A DNA stretch of 64,000 bases. Source: an uncultured Synergistales bacterium. GTDB taxonomy: Bacteria; Synergistota; Synergistia; Synergistales; Aminobacteriaceae. Under the pieces are notes generated by a model that saw nothing but the letters and a program-made list of their open reading frames with translations, was not told where the DNA came from and did not search any database. A program made the translations under genes and the position numbers. Shown piece after piece: positions 1 through 9,206 of this stretch; positions within the stretch are counted from its first letter, which is position 1; every line of letters begins with the position of its first letter. The stretch lies in NCBI GenBank assembly GCA_905233455.1, contig CAJOES010000014.1, forward strand, positions 4,500 through 68,499. Direction: 5' to 3'.

Positions 1-750
1 TTCTCCGCTTGAACCTTCTTCGGAATTATCACCTGTTCCGTAGCCCGTCTCTTCGCTGGAAGCCGTTATCGTTATCGTTAATTCTTGCGTGTCTGAATCT
101 GTCGTAAGGTTTACTTCGTTCTCTGTGAAAGTATTCACCGCCTTGACTATAAATTTGAAGTCTCCTGCCTCTTCAGGAATACCGCTTATTATTCCTGTGC
201 TCTTGTCCAGACTCAAACCGCCCGGAAGGTCTCCGCTTACCTTTTCCCACGTAAGGCCGGATATGTCGTTGCTGTATACGTCCGCCTTAAGTTCATAGCT
301 GTAATTCTCTCCCTCTACGCCGTCATTAGGAGATGTTGTAGTTATTTGAGGAACTGCGGGATAAATAGTAAGGTCAAAATAACTACTGTCATAGTATTCT
401 TCTTCGTAATAGTAATCATCAACTTCAATAATAACTTTCATATGATAAACGCCTGCTTGTGTGGGTGTACCGTAAAAACGGCAGTGGCTTACATAGTAGT
501 CTTCATACAGACCAGGAGGCATATGATAAGTAGATGTATCGAAGGCAGTCCAGAAGACATGATTTGGATTAAAATATTCAATGTTAGAAGCCTCCATATA
601 GACCGGAGTTTTTACAGCGTCCGGAACATTAGGCCCGTAAGTTCTGCCTACGTAACAGTTTCGTACGTCAATAGTATCAATAGATACAGCCCAAGCACCA
701 GACGTTAACGCCAACATCAACGCCAAAGCCAACGCAAAAATTTTCTTCAT
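1..750 (-). CDS. Secreted Ig-like (He_PIG / putative-Ig repeat) surface protein, N-terminal 250 aa; 3' end runs off the window
   Basis: Absent from the ORF track because it has no stop in the window. My reverse-complement reading from ATG 748-750 is open to base 1. It gives signal peptide MKKIFALALALMLALTSGAWA, then ...FYGTPTQAGVYHMKVIIEV... and ...VSGDLPGGLSLDKSTGIISGIPEEAGDFKFIVKAVN..., the xSGTPxxAGxYxF pattern of bacterial putative-Ig domains. Confidence 0.8.
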   Translation of the reverse strand, partial: MKKIFALALALMLALTSGAWAVSIDTIDVRNCYVGRTYGPNVPDAVKTPVYMEASNIEYFNPNHVFWTAFDTSTYHMPPGLYEDYYVSHCRFYGTPTQAGVYHMKVIIEVDDYYYEEEYYDSSYFDLTIYPAVPQITTTSPNDGVEGENYSYELKADVYSNDISGLTWEKVSGDLPGGLSLDKSTGIISGIPEEAGDFKFIVKAVNTFTENEVNLTTDSDTQELTITITASSEETGYGTGDNSEEGSSGE

Positions 751-900
751 GATTATTTATTCCTTTCTTCAGTAATGAATTGTTCCTTGCATTTTGTGAT
801 GCACTAATTCGCGCCTGAATCTTTTTATGTGTATATGTTTATGGAGGTCTTAAAGTGTTTGGGTTAATTGTGTATCTGGAGTCCTGACAAAATGAAGCGG

Positions 901-932
901 TCGTGTCGTGTCGTGTCGTGTCGTGTCGTGTC
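901..932. repeat. Perfect pentanucleotide tandem repeat (TCGTG)x6 plus TC (CACGA on minus strand)
   Basis: Read directly: tcgtgtcgtgtcgtgtcgtgtcgtgtcgtgtc. It lies in the intergenic region between fliY and the Ig-like protein gene. Confidence 0.97.
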
Positions 933-933
933 A

Positions 934-961
934 ATTATGACGGCCAAAATCATTTTGTCAA
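934..961 (-). promoter_or_regulatory. Sigma-70-like promoter for the Ig-like surface protein gene
   Basis: Minus strand reads TTGACA (961-956), a 16-nt spacer, then CATAAT (939-934). It is oriented toward the ATG at 750. Sequence match only; no TSS data. Confidence 0.5.
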
Positions 962-1039
962 GCCCCCTTTTGCGTAAAATTCATAATGAAATTTTTTGTT
1001 ATTATACTTTATTATCACTGACAGCGCATAAATTTTGGC

Positions 1040-1070
1040 AAAAAAAATTCCTCCCCGTCTGCAAGGGAGG
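1040..1070 (-). terminator. Rho-independent terminator after fliY
   Basis: Minus strand: CCTCCC-9 nt loop-GGGAGG followed by AATTTTTTTT, starting 17 nt after the fliY stop. Confidence 0.8.
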
Positions 1071-1086
1071 TTATTTCTTCACGTGA

Positions 1087-2145
1087 TTATGATGCCGCCC
1101 TTGCCGCTCCTCCCGGCACAATGTCAGTGATACGCACCCCGAAATTCTCATCGATTACGACAACTTCACCGTGTGCAATAAGTTTCCCGTTCACGAGAAT
1201 ATCTACGGGTTCACCTGCCATCTTGTCGAGTTCCACCACAGCACCCGCAGTGAGCGCAAGAATCTCTGATACGCTCTTCCGTGCCTTGCCCAGCTCAACC
1301 GTAACACGCACGGGAATATCCGCAATAAGGTCTATCGGGCTTGGTGCTCCTCCTGCACTGCCTCCGCCCAAAGGCTGAAATGCTGCGGGCCTCACGTCTA
1401 CTGCCGGGCCTGCATTCTGTCTTCCTCCCATAATTCCCCCACCTCCCATATTATTAGTATTCGATGCCTGAGCGGGAGGCTGCCTGCCTGCAATGGCATC
1501 ACGCATTGCTCCGGAAACGTCAAGAGCGTTGGCCAGAGTCATGCACGTCCATATCCTGAACGGCTTTAACCCGTCAATCGTTACGCTTACCGGGCTTATC
1601 CATAATTTGCTGTCCGAAGGCTCTACTGCTATTGCTATCCAGTTATCCTCCGAAAGTGCTGACGTAGTGTTCTCCGGCATGAGCCTTCTGTTGCCCATAA
1701 GCGCGCTAAGACTCGTGAAGGCCGATCCTACTACCTGACTCAAACCTTCCTGCGCGGCGTTCCAGTATAGATCGCTGGGTTCTGGAATATCCGAACCTCC
1801 TCCGCCCATCATGAGATCTGCAAGGGTCAATGCTCCCTTCTGGTCAACCACCATAGACAGCGGCTTATCGTCAAACCCTCCGAAAGTGCACGAGAATATA
1901 AACGGCAGTTCGGAGAAATCTGCGGTGAATTCTTCCTGAGTCTTTATCTCCGTCTGGCCTACGCTGGTTGTAACGTTCTTTCCTGCAAGCATATTGATTA
2001 CGCTGTTTTCAGAGTTCGCAAACGTGTCCGCAACTTTAGCGAGCTGTTCTGAATCATCAGCAGAAATTTCATCAGAATCTCCGAAATCTCCTCCTCCTGC
2101 AAGAAGTGCGTTTATCTCATCAGGACTCAATAAATCGTCCGGCAT
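1087..2145 (-). CDS. fliY: Flagellar motor switch protein FliY/FliN (CheC-like N-terminal region plus SpoA/FliN domain)
   Basis: 352 aa. The C-terminus ...VRVTVELGKARKSVSEILALTAGAVVELDKMAGEPVDILVNGKLIAHGEVVVIDENFGVRITDIV is a typical FliN/SpoA domain. The long N-terminal part is as in FliY. The gene follows fliM with a 2-nt gap. Confidence 0.9.
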   Translation of the reverse strand: MPDDLLSPDEINALLAGGGDFGDSDEISADDSEQLAKVADTFANSENSVINMLAGKNVTTSVGQTEIKTQEEFTADFSELPFIFSCTFGGFDDKPLSMVVDQKGALTLADLMMGGGGSDIPEPSDLYWNAAQEGLSQVVGSAFTSLSALMGNRRLMPENTTSALSEDNWIAIAVEPSDSKLWISPVSVTIDGLKPFRIWTCMTLANALDVSGAMRDAIAGRQPPAQASNTNNMGGGGIMGGRQNAGPAVDVRPAAFQPLGGGSAGGAPSPIDLIADIPVRVTVELGKARKSVSEILALTAGAVVELDKMAGEPVDILVNGKLIAHGEVVVIDENFGVRITDIVPGGAARAAS

Positions 2146-2147
2146 AT

Positions 2148-3170
2148 CTATTTTTTCTCTCCTTTCCTGTCTTCATTCTCTATCGTCGGAATATCCTGCG
2201 AAAGTACTTTCGTGAGTTCAACCGCCATATGTCCGTTCAATGTGCCGGGACGTGCCTTGAAGCGTATCTGATTTCCCACACGTACATCAATGTGAGAGTC
2301 TTTCAGCTCGTCAAGTTTGATGACATCTCCGGGCTGAAGCGCATAAACATCTGCAAGCGATAATACAGTGTGCCCAAGCTCCATAGCCATCGGCATTTTT
2401 ACCTGCATCATTGAGTTGTTCAGCCACTGCTTGATCTCGTCGTCTGCTTTATGGCTGGTTGAAGCAAACCACTGCTGTGATGACAGCCTGTCCATAATCG
2501 GCTCAATCAGGAAGTACGGGAAGCACAAGCTCACCATGCCTTCAATGTCTGATACCCTGAGTTTCATGATTACGACAAGAACCATATCACTTGGCGAGCA
2601 TATCTGCACAAAGAACGGGTTGCTTTCCATGCTCTCAAACCTGAAGCGGACATCTACAACGGTGCTCCAGCTGTCTTCAAGCAGTTCAAGTATCCTCATT
2701 ATGACACGTTCAATTACTGTCTTTTCTATGTCGGTGAGTTCCCTGACATTGCCGGAGAATGTTCCGCGTCCTCCGAGCATCCTGTCAATTATAGTGAAGA
2801 CTAACGCGGGGTTTATCTCCATAAGCATTGAGCCTTCAAACGGGTGCATTTCGATTAATCCTATAACCGTAGGCTGAACCATATAGTTCACGAACTCCTC
2901 ATATGCTAGCTGCTCAACCGACGCGATTTCGGCAGATACGATTGAACGTATAAGGCTGGAAAGTACCGTAGTCATCTGGCGTGCAAAGGATTCATGAATC
3001 ATCTGTATTGCGCGCAGCTGATCCTTGCTGAACTTGTCCGGCCGCTTGAAGTCGTATACTTTCAGTTTTCCGTACTCGTCAGCCTTGTCGGTGATCGTGC
3101 TGATGTCTGCTCCGCTGGATATGGACTTCAGCAGGTCATCAATAGCATTCTGTGATAGTACATCAGGCAT
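2148..3170 (-). CDS. fliM: Flagellar motor switch protein FliM
   Basis: 340 aa. It has the N-terminal LSQxxIDxLL CheY-P-binding motif (MPDVLSQNAIDDLL) and sits between fliL and fliY. Confidence 0.9.
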   Translation of the reverse strand: MPDVLSQNAIDDLLKSISSGADISTITDKADEYGKLKVYDFKRPDKFSKDQLRAIQMIHESFARQMTTVLSSLIRSIVSAEIASVEQLAYEEFVNYMVQPTVIGLIEMHPFEGSMLMEINPALVFTIIDRMLGGRGTFSGNVRELTDIEKTVIERVIMRILELLEDSWSTVVDVRFRFESMESNPFFVQICSPSDMVLVVIMKLRVSDIEGMVSLCFPYFLIEPIMDRLSSQQWFASTSHKADDEIKQWLNNSMMQVKMPMAMELGHTVLSLADVYALQPGDVIKLDELKDSHIDVRVGNQIRFKARPGTLNGHMAVELTKVLSQDIPTIENEDRKGEKK

Positions 3171-3183
3171 AGTTCAATCCGCC

Positions 3184-3639
3184 TTACTGGATAATCATGC
3201 TCTCAAACAGAACGTTCACTATCGGGGCTTCCCCGCCCACATCCGGCAGCATACGGTTCAATGAGCGTTTTATGTCCCCTGCGAACTGCAACGCACCTTC
3301 CGCGCTCATGAGATCCTCATATACCCTGTCCTTCATGAGCATGAATATCTCACTGCGTATTCTGTTCATCCAGCCAGGAGTCTGAACCAGTGCCGAAGCT
3401 CCGTCCTTCTCGACGAGTTCAAGCGCAAGAGAGCAGTCCAATACATGACGGCCTGACCCGGCAAGATTGCTGGTGAACTGCCCGATGGGTACAACAGGCC
3501 CGGGATTCTTGATGACCCTGCCCTGCCCGATCTCGTTCGTGTCTTTGGGTGCCATTGTGCGGCCAAGTATCAAGCCGCCTCCAAAGCCTGCACCGAACAT
3601 TACGAGCCCTACTATTGCGAAGATTAATATACGTTTCAT
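3184..3639 (-). CDS. fliL: Flagellar basal-body-associated protein FliL
   Basis: 151 aa with a single N-terminal TM (ILIFAIVGLVMFGAGFGGGLILG) and a FliL-like C-terminal part. GGGAGGA RBS. Operon context supports the call. Confidence 0.8.
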   Translation of the reverse strand: MKRILIFAIVGLVMFGAGFGGGLILGRTMAPKDTNEIGQGRVIKNPGPVVPIGQFTSNLAGSGRHVLDCSLALELVEKDGASALVQTPGWMNRIRSEIFMLMKDRVYEDLMSAEGALQFAGDIKRSLNRMLPDVGGEAPIVNVLFESMIIQ

Positions 3640-3669
3640 AGATTTCCCTTATCCTCCCTGCGGTAAAAT

Positions 3670-3861
3670 CTAAAATATTGCCGGGATACCTGCGTCTTTG
3701 CACAGTTCGTTAGCGGATATTCTGTCAAAAATTTTATGGCGTTTTACTGCTACGTTAATACCTTTGCCGTTAGTGTAAATAGTATGTTTTCTTCCCTCAC
3801 GCTTAAAGAAAAAACCATTCTTCTCAAAATATCTGATAATATCTCTGCGATTAACTGACAT
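3670..3861 (-). CDS. hicA: HicA-family toxin (YcfA-like mRNA interferase)
   Basis: MSVNRRDIIRYFEKNGFFFKREGRKHTIYTNGKGINVAVKRHKIFDRISANELCKDAGIP matches the HicA pattern (xxLxKxGFxxxRxxGSHxxY...V..H...I....L...GI). I chose the ATG at 3861 over the TTG at 3885. It overlaps the hicB 3' end by 11 nt. Confidence 0.75.
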   Translation of the reverse strand: MSVNRRDIIRYFEKNGFFFKREGRKHTIYTNGKGINVAVKRHKIFDRISANELCKDAGIPAIF

Positions 3862-4093
3862 GCGCAAGCAAAGCCTCTTTTTCAAGCGGTATATTCAAGG
3901 TTTCCACAATTAGAGGGAACTGCGGAATTTCCATGTCATCCTCATAATAAGCAAGTGCCATTTCACGTGCGGCATCAATTAACATTTCGCGGCAGTCGTC
4001 AAGGTCATCCCCCTCTGTTATGACTCCAGGCCACTCTAAAAGTCTGCCCATATATCCATGTTCTAATTTCCTATAAGATGCTGTGAACTGCAT
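3851..4093 (-). CDS. hicB: HicB-family antitoxin (UPF0150 N-terminal domain only)
   Basis: 80 aa. ...YMGRLLEWPGVITEGDDLDDCREMLIDAAREMALAYYEDDMEIPQ fits the HicB fold signature (PGvxtqGxtxeEaxxnxxeAl). It lies directly upstream of and overlaps hicA. Confidence 0.75.
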   Translation of the reverse strand: MQFTASYRKLEHGYMGRLLEWPGVITEGDDLDDCREMLIDAAREMALAYYEDDMEIPQFPLIVETLNIPLEKEALLAHVS

Positions 4094-4107
4094 AATTCAA
4101 TCTCTCC

Positions 4108-4836
4108 TTAACGTTTAGGATACTGCGACAAAAACACGATCTCTACCCTTCTGTTGAGTGCTTTATGTTCGCTCGTGTCATTCGGGACTATAGGCTGTGC
4201 AGAACTGTAACCCACCGCCTGAAGTTTAGTCGGATCAAACCTGCCTTCATGCTCCAGATACGACGCAACAGCAGCTGCCCGCATTGCACTCAAGCCCCAG
4301 TTGTCCCGGTATATCCCGCCTCTGAGCACTCCCGAATCCGTATGACCCTCAACAGCAACCGCAGGAACATGATTCCGCACAAGTTCAGCAATCTTATAGA
4401 GTGCCCTCTGTGCCTCCTGCCGTATCTCAGCCTGTCCGGGCAGGAACAGGAACTGATCGCTGATAGAGACTGCAACACCGCGCTGATTGATGGATACCTG
4501 AATATCACGCGTAAGGTTCTCGGAGCGCAAAAAGCTGTTCAGGGTATACGCAACATGACGCGTATCAAGCTCTACCCTCTCGCTTGCACCGGGACTCGTC
4601 CCGACTTCACCGCTTCTGTTGGGATCCTGGGATTCTTCCGTAGTTACTCCGCCCCTCAGCACACCTAAGGATCCACGTAATGACAATAACGCCTTCTGAA
4701 ATTTCTGGGAGTCTATCGAGGACATAGCAAAAAGCAGTATGAAGAAGCACAATATCAGCGTAACCATGTCCCCGTATGTGCCCATATAGAACGGTGCTGA
4801 AAGTCCGGGTTCTTCCGGTTTCTTCTGTCTCGCCAT
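4108..4836 (-). CDS. motB: Flagellar stator protein MotB
   Basis: 242 aa. N-terminal TM (YGDMVTLILCFFILLFAMSS) and a C-terminal OmpA-like peptidoglycan-binding domain (...NRRVEIVF). It follows motA. Confidence 0.9.
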   Translation of the reverse strand: MARQKKPEEPGLSAPFYMGTYGDMVTLILCFFILLFAMSSIDSQKFQKALLSLRGSLGVLRGGVTTEESQDPNRSGEVGTSPGASERVELDTRHVAYTLNSFLRSENLTRDIQVSINQRGVAVSISDQFLFLPGQAEIRQEAQRALYKIAELVRNHVPAVAVEGHTDSGVLRGGIYRDNWGLSAMRAAAVASYLEHEGRFDPTKLQAVGYSSAQPIVPNDTSEHKALNRRVEIVFLSQYPKR

Positions 4837-4841
4837 AATAT

Positions 4842-5609
4842 TTACTCCTGATTGAAGGCTTCACGCATTGCAGGAGGCATGTATACCTTCAGCTTCTCTT
4901 CAACTATTCTCGGGTTCTCTCCTGCCTGTATCGCTAATATTCCTTCCACCATAAGCTCCATTGCCTTGACTTCCTGCGCAGAACGTGCCGCGAGTTTTTT
5001 GCTGACAGGAGAACCGAACATGTTAGCCATCATTGAGCCGTACATCGTAGTGATAAGTGCAACCGCCATGCCGGGCCCAAGTGCGTTAACGTCCTGAAGG
5101 TTACCCAGCATTGCTATTAGTCCTATAAGCGTTCCTATCATTCCGAATGACGGCGCAAATTCCGTAAGGTTGTCGAACACTGCCTTGTTTGCGCTGTGCC
5201 TGTCCTCAAATACTCCGATCTCAGTATCAAGTATTGCACGGACGAGTTCAGGGTCAGTGCCGTCAACTACAAGCTGTATTGCCTTGCGCATAAAGTCGCT
5301 CTCTACCTCTGCAACATCAGCTTCAAGCGACAAAAGACCTTCACGCCTTGCCTTCTCCGCAAAGCTCACTATCATCTGAACCATTCCTACAAGGTCAGGC
5401 TCATGCGAAACAAATACATTCTTCATACATCCCCCGATTGCCTTCAGCCTGTCTGAAGGGTTGGAGATTATCGTTGCTCCTATTGCTCCGCCTATCGTGA
5501 TCATCAGTGAAGGGACATCAACATATGCCCCGAAGTTGCCTCCGGAAGCCATTGACGCAAGAACGAGTATCCATGTCGCGAGAAATCCTATCAGACTTGT
5601 TAAATCCAA
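4842..5609 (-). CDS. motA: Flagellar stator protein MotA (MotA/TolQ/ExbB proton channel)
   Basis: 255 aa multi-TM protein with a MotA-like N-terminus (MDLTSLIGF...). TTG start with a GAGGTGA RBS 7 nt upstream. Confidence 0.9.
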   Translation of the reverse strand: MDLTSLIGFLATWILVLASMASGGNFGAYVDVPSLMITIGGAIGATIISNPSDRLKAIGGCMKNVFVSHEPDLVGMVQMIVSFAEKARREGLLSLEADVAEVESDFMRKAIQLVVDGTDPELVRAILDTEIGVFEDRHSANKAVFDNLTEFAPSFGMIGTLIGLIAMLGNLQDVNALGPGMAVALITTMYGSMMANMFGSPVSKKLAARSAQEVKAMELMVEGILAIQAGENPRIVEEKLKVYMPPAMREAFNQE

Positions 5610-5630
5610 AATCTATTCACCTCTGCAGTT

Positions 5631-5852
5631 TTATTCCTTTGATTCATCTGCGGTGTTTGCTATTATGCACGTATAACCTGCCGCTTTCCTGAAGGCCATT
5701 ATCTTTTTGTACACGTCTCTAACCTTTTCTTTTACTACATATCTATGACCGTTCAGCAGACGCAATACAGTATCAGGTGTTACGTCAATAGTTTCTATCA
5801 TGTCGGAATTAAGCAGAAATGCTTCGCCGTTTAAGCGATGTACTTCAATCAT
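5631..5852 (-). CDS. flbD: Flagellar protein FlbD
   Basis: 73 aa. MIEVHRLNGEAFLLNSDMIETI... is the FlbD family pattern. It has the typical position immediately upstream of motA. Confidence 0.8.
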   Translation of the reverse strand: MIEVHRLNGEAFLLNSDMIETIDVTPDTVLRLLNGHRYVVKEKVRDVYKKIMAFRKAAGYTCIIANTADESKE

Positions 5853-5976
5853 TATGTATTAACGCCAGCCCTTCCGGTTTGAATTTTTGTGTCTGGGAAT
5901 ATATTATACGATTTTGACCGCAAAAAGCGATAAAATAAACGAACTAAAAATTTTTACCGGAGGTGTACCTTAAGGA

Positions 5977-7362
5977 ATGCCGGACGATATTGGAACACTA
6001 TATAATCAAATAGATTTTCTCGTCAGCGGCGGGGCACTGGAAAGCCTGACAGATTTTCTCAGCAACAAAGGCATTAAGGCACTCGTAACAGAAGCAGGAG
6101 AACCGGGAAAACTCAGCGTGATTGATGCGGCAGGAATTGTCCCTACAGCACTGACACTCAATGATACAGTAACGGGACTGTTCAGCCGGGGAGTACCGAA
6201 AGAGTCATGCGAGCTGGAATATTCCGCAGAAGCTGAAGGTTATTCCGGGGCAGTGAGGATACGCGGTGCGCAGTGGGCAGTATATATACTCCTGCAAAAC
6301 AGTATCGACAGTCCCAAGGCCTTTATTGAGGAGCTGAAACCGTATGCAGGACTGCTCAGGCTGTGGCAGACATTCAAGAACATATCAGCTACAGAGAAAA
6401 AATTATCACGTCTTTCATATATGATTCTGGCGACAAAGAACACGTTAGCCTCAATCTTTGAGCCTATGCCCTTACAGTATTTCGCATCATTCCTCGCTGA
6501 CGTGCTGCAGGAAAGCCTTTTCCCGAAATCCATAGCCATACTCAGGGACGAAGGGGACTATCTTACGGTCTTTAACGGCCAGGCTGACAGCATACCGGAG
6601 CGCACCGGGATATATTCATCACAGATACTTCCTCCCGCGCCGGTCATCACGCGCAAGGGGTCGCCGTGTGAGGTAGTTCTGCCGGTGGCTGAAGGGGACT
6701 GCAGGCTGTTCTGCCTGATTCACTGGGACGAAATGCCCGATGACCAGACAATGAATTTTCTTGAGCTTCTCGGAAATCTTGCCGTCCGTGCAATAGCGAT
6801 CAATAACCTTCGCGCACAGTCCCAAAAAGCAGAAGCAAACATATCTTCCGAAGAATTTACGGTGCTTTCACTCTCTAACGTCCTGAAAATTTTACGCGGT
6901 GCAGAAAGCAGGGAACAATTCTTCTCGCTTCTCGTTGATATATTCATGGAACAGAGCAGAATGAACAACTGCTTTCTTGCAGTATGGAACTCCGGGCGCA
7001 AGGGTTACAGCATAGCCATGCACAGGACAGGACACTACAAGGCAAACACAGATACAACACTGCTTCCGTCATCTTCCGGTGCTGTCAATGCCTCAAAGGT
7101 CAGCGAATCACATTATGACCTGTCTGCGGCTTCTCCGGATTCAGTGTTCAGGTCATGGGGCTTGGCCGGGTGTCCGTGGAAAGAGACGCTGAAATCATCT
7201 GCGGCAAAATACATTTTCCCCGTCTGTGATGATTCTTCACTCGTTGGGCTTATAGCTGTAGGTGCGGGCAAGGAAGGACGGACAGTGCTTGACCGTTCAC
7301 AGCTTGCTTCATTGCAGTTAATTGCACAGTTCGCGGCTTATGAGTTCAGAAGGTTTGAATAG
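5977..7362 (+). CDS. Hypothetical protein, possibly tandem GAF-like domains
   Basis: 461-aa ORF tightly followed by dxs (8-nt gap). The C-terminal ...SSLVGLIAVGAGKEGRTVLDRSQLASLQLIAQFAAYEF resembles the end of a GAF domain. I recognised no catalytic motif. Confidence 0.4.
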   Translation: MPDDIGTLYNQIDFLVSGGALESLTDFLSNKGIKALVTEAGEPGKLSVIDAAGIVPTALTLNDTVTGLFSRGVPKESCELEYSAEAEGYSGAVRIRGAQWAVYILLQNSIDSPKAFIEELKPYAGLLRLWQTFKNISATEKKLSRLSYMILATKNTLASIFEPMPLQYFASFLADVLQESLFPKSIAILRDEGDYLTVFNGQADSIPERTGIYSSQILPPAPVITRKGSPCEVVLPVAEGDCRLFCLIHWDEMPDDQTMNFLELLGNLAVRAIAINNLRAQSQKAEANISSEEFTVLSLSNVLKILRGAESREQFFSLLVDIFMEQSRMNNCFLAVWNSGRKGYSIAMHRTGHYKANTDTTLLPSSSGAVNASKVSESHYDLSAASPDSVFRSWGLAGCPWKETLKSSAAKYIFPVCDDSSLVGLIAVGAGKEGRTVLDRSQLASLQLIAQFAAYEFRRFE

Positions 7363-7370
7363 AATGTGAT

Positions 7371-9206
7371 ATGAAGTTTCTGAAGACAGGTTTTACCAGA
7401 GAAGATTTACTGCGCATAGATGAAAAGGATCTGCCCGTGCTTGCAGAGGAGGTACGGGCAGTTATTGTAGACACCGTAAAGCGCAACGGCGGTCATTTAG
7501 GCTCATCACTTGGAGCTGTTGAGCTTACTATAGCAATGCTCCGGAAGTTTGACCCGTTCAATGACAGGATAATATTTGATGTCGGGCATCAGTCATATCC
7601 CTACAAGATTCTGACGGACAGGTTTGACCGCTTCCAGACATTGCGGCAGAAGGACGGCATATCGGGTTTCCCACGGCGCAATGAGAGTCCTGCAGACCAC
7701 TTCAACACAGGCCACAGCAGCACATCAATATCTGCGGCACTGGGTTACGCTAAGGCACGGGATCTGCTGCACGAGAAACGGCACGTTATAGCGTTCATTG
7801 GTGATGCGGCACTAATCAACGGGCTTGCGTTTGAGGCGTTGAATTACGTGCAGGAGACTGATACGCGGCTCATAATCATACTGAACGACAACAGGCACTC
7901 AATCAGCAACAGGATCGGAGGATTCTCCACCATGCTTGCGAGGCTCTCGGCGAACACTCTTTACCGCAGGACTAAGAATGCCATAAAGAGACGTGCAGGA
8001 GTGGGATTCATCAAAGCACTTGAAGGGGTAAGGGATCACGTGAAGAATTTGGTGAAGCCATCACACGCGAATATGTTTGATGATATAGGCATAAATTACT
8101 GGGGTCCTTTCGACGGGCACAACATAAAGAACGCTGAAGAAGTCTTAGAGCTGGCCAAGAATTATTACCGCCCCGTTCTGCTTCACTTCAACACCGTAAA
8201 AGGAAAAGGACTGCCGGAAGCAGAAGCAGATCCTACGAAATACCATCAGGTTGCGCCTGTGGGTGAGGCAAAAGCACGTACATGGAGCGAGGCAGCTTCG
8301 GAGATTGCGGAGGAACTTGCACGGAAAGACGAGCGCATTGTGTGTTTCACGGCGGCAATGGCTACGGGGGTAAAGCTGGAGAGATTCGCAAAAGATTTCC
8401 CGCACAGGTTCTTTGATGTCGGCATTGCTGAAAGTCATATGCTCACGATGGCGGCAGGGCTTGCGGCAGGAGGTATGCGTCCGTGGGTGTTCATATATTC
8501 GACGTTCTTACAGCGCGCAATGGATCAGCTGATGCACGATATAGCACTGCAGAATCTTCCCGTTGTAATCATGGTGGACAGGGCAGGGCTTGCAGGTTCT
8601 GACGGTGATACGCACCAGGGATTGCTTGACGTTTCATGGGGCAGGGCAGTCCCTAACCTTGAGATATACGCGCCGTGCGATGAATCCTCCCTGAGAGATG
8701 CAATGATACGAGCCTCACAGCATGACGGGCCGACGCTGATACGCTATCCGAGAGGGCATATACCTTCCGGAACAATAAGCCCTGAAGTGTCCGGTGCAGT
8801 GGTGAAGATTCATGACGGCAGTAAATGGGCGTTGCTGGGGAATGGCGCGAGCGTTCAGACTATGCTTGACACTAGGGAGCTTGCAGAACGTGAGGGTGCT
8901 GACGTTCCGGCAGTGTATGACGTTCGGAGGGTCAAGCCTCTGGATATGTCCGTGCTTGACGGGATATTGAGACGCTATGAGACTGTTGCTGTGCTTGAGG
9001 AAAATTACGCGGCCGGGGGACTTGGCGAGGCTGTCGGCGCGGTGATTGCGGAAGGTGATTACGATACAGGGCTAATGCGCTTCGGAGTGCCTGATGTCTG
9101 CGTGAAACATGCAACACAAACAGAACAGCGGGAAATGTACGGACTGACTCCGGAGAATATCATCGCACGCTACAAAACACATGAAGCACAAAGAACGGCT
9201 CGATAA
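7371..9206 (+). CDS. dxs: 1-deoxy-D-xylulose-5-phosphate synthase
   Basis: 611 aa. It carries the GGHLGSSLGAVELTIAM and DVGHQSYPYKILT signatures and a transketolase-like layout. Confidence 0.95.
   Translation: MKFLKTGFTREDLLRIDEKDLPVLAEEVRAVIVDTVKRNGGHLGSSLGAVELTIAMLRKFDPFNDRIIFDVGHQSYPYKILTDRFDRFQTLRQKDGISGFPRRNESPADHFNTGHSSTSISAALGYAKARDLLHEKRHVIAFIGDAALINGLAFEALNYVQETDTRLIIILNDNRHSISNRIGGFSTMLARLSANTLYRRTKNAIKRRAGVGFIKALEGVRDHVKNLVKPSHANMFDDIGINYWGPFDGHNIKNAEEVLELAKNYYRPVLLHFNTVKGKGLPEAEADPTKYHQVAPVGEAKARTWSEAASEIAEELARKDERIVCFTAAMATGVKLERFAKDFPHRFFDVGIAESHMLTMAAGLAAGGMRPWVFIYSTFLQRAMDQLMHDIALQNLPVVIMVDRAGLAGSDGDTHQGLLDVSWGRAVPNLEIYAPCDESSLRDAMIRASQHDGPTLIRYPRGHIPSGTISPEVSGAVVKIHDGSKWALLGNGASVQTMLDTRELAEREGADVPAVYDVRRVKPLDMSVLDGILRRYETVAVLEENYAAGGLGEAVGAVIAEGDYDTGLMRFGVPDVCVKHATQTEQREMYGLTPENIIARYKTHEAQRTAR

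Noticed and set aside
868-1086. 72-aa plus-strand ORF (…SCRVVSCRVVS…) spanning the fliY/Ig-protein intergenic region
   Set aside because: Its repetitive peptide is just the translation of the (TCGTG)6 repeat. It starts at a TTG without an RBS and runs through a minus-strand promoter and terminator, so it is spurious.
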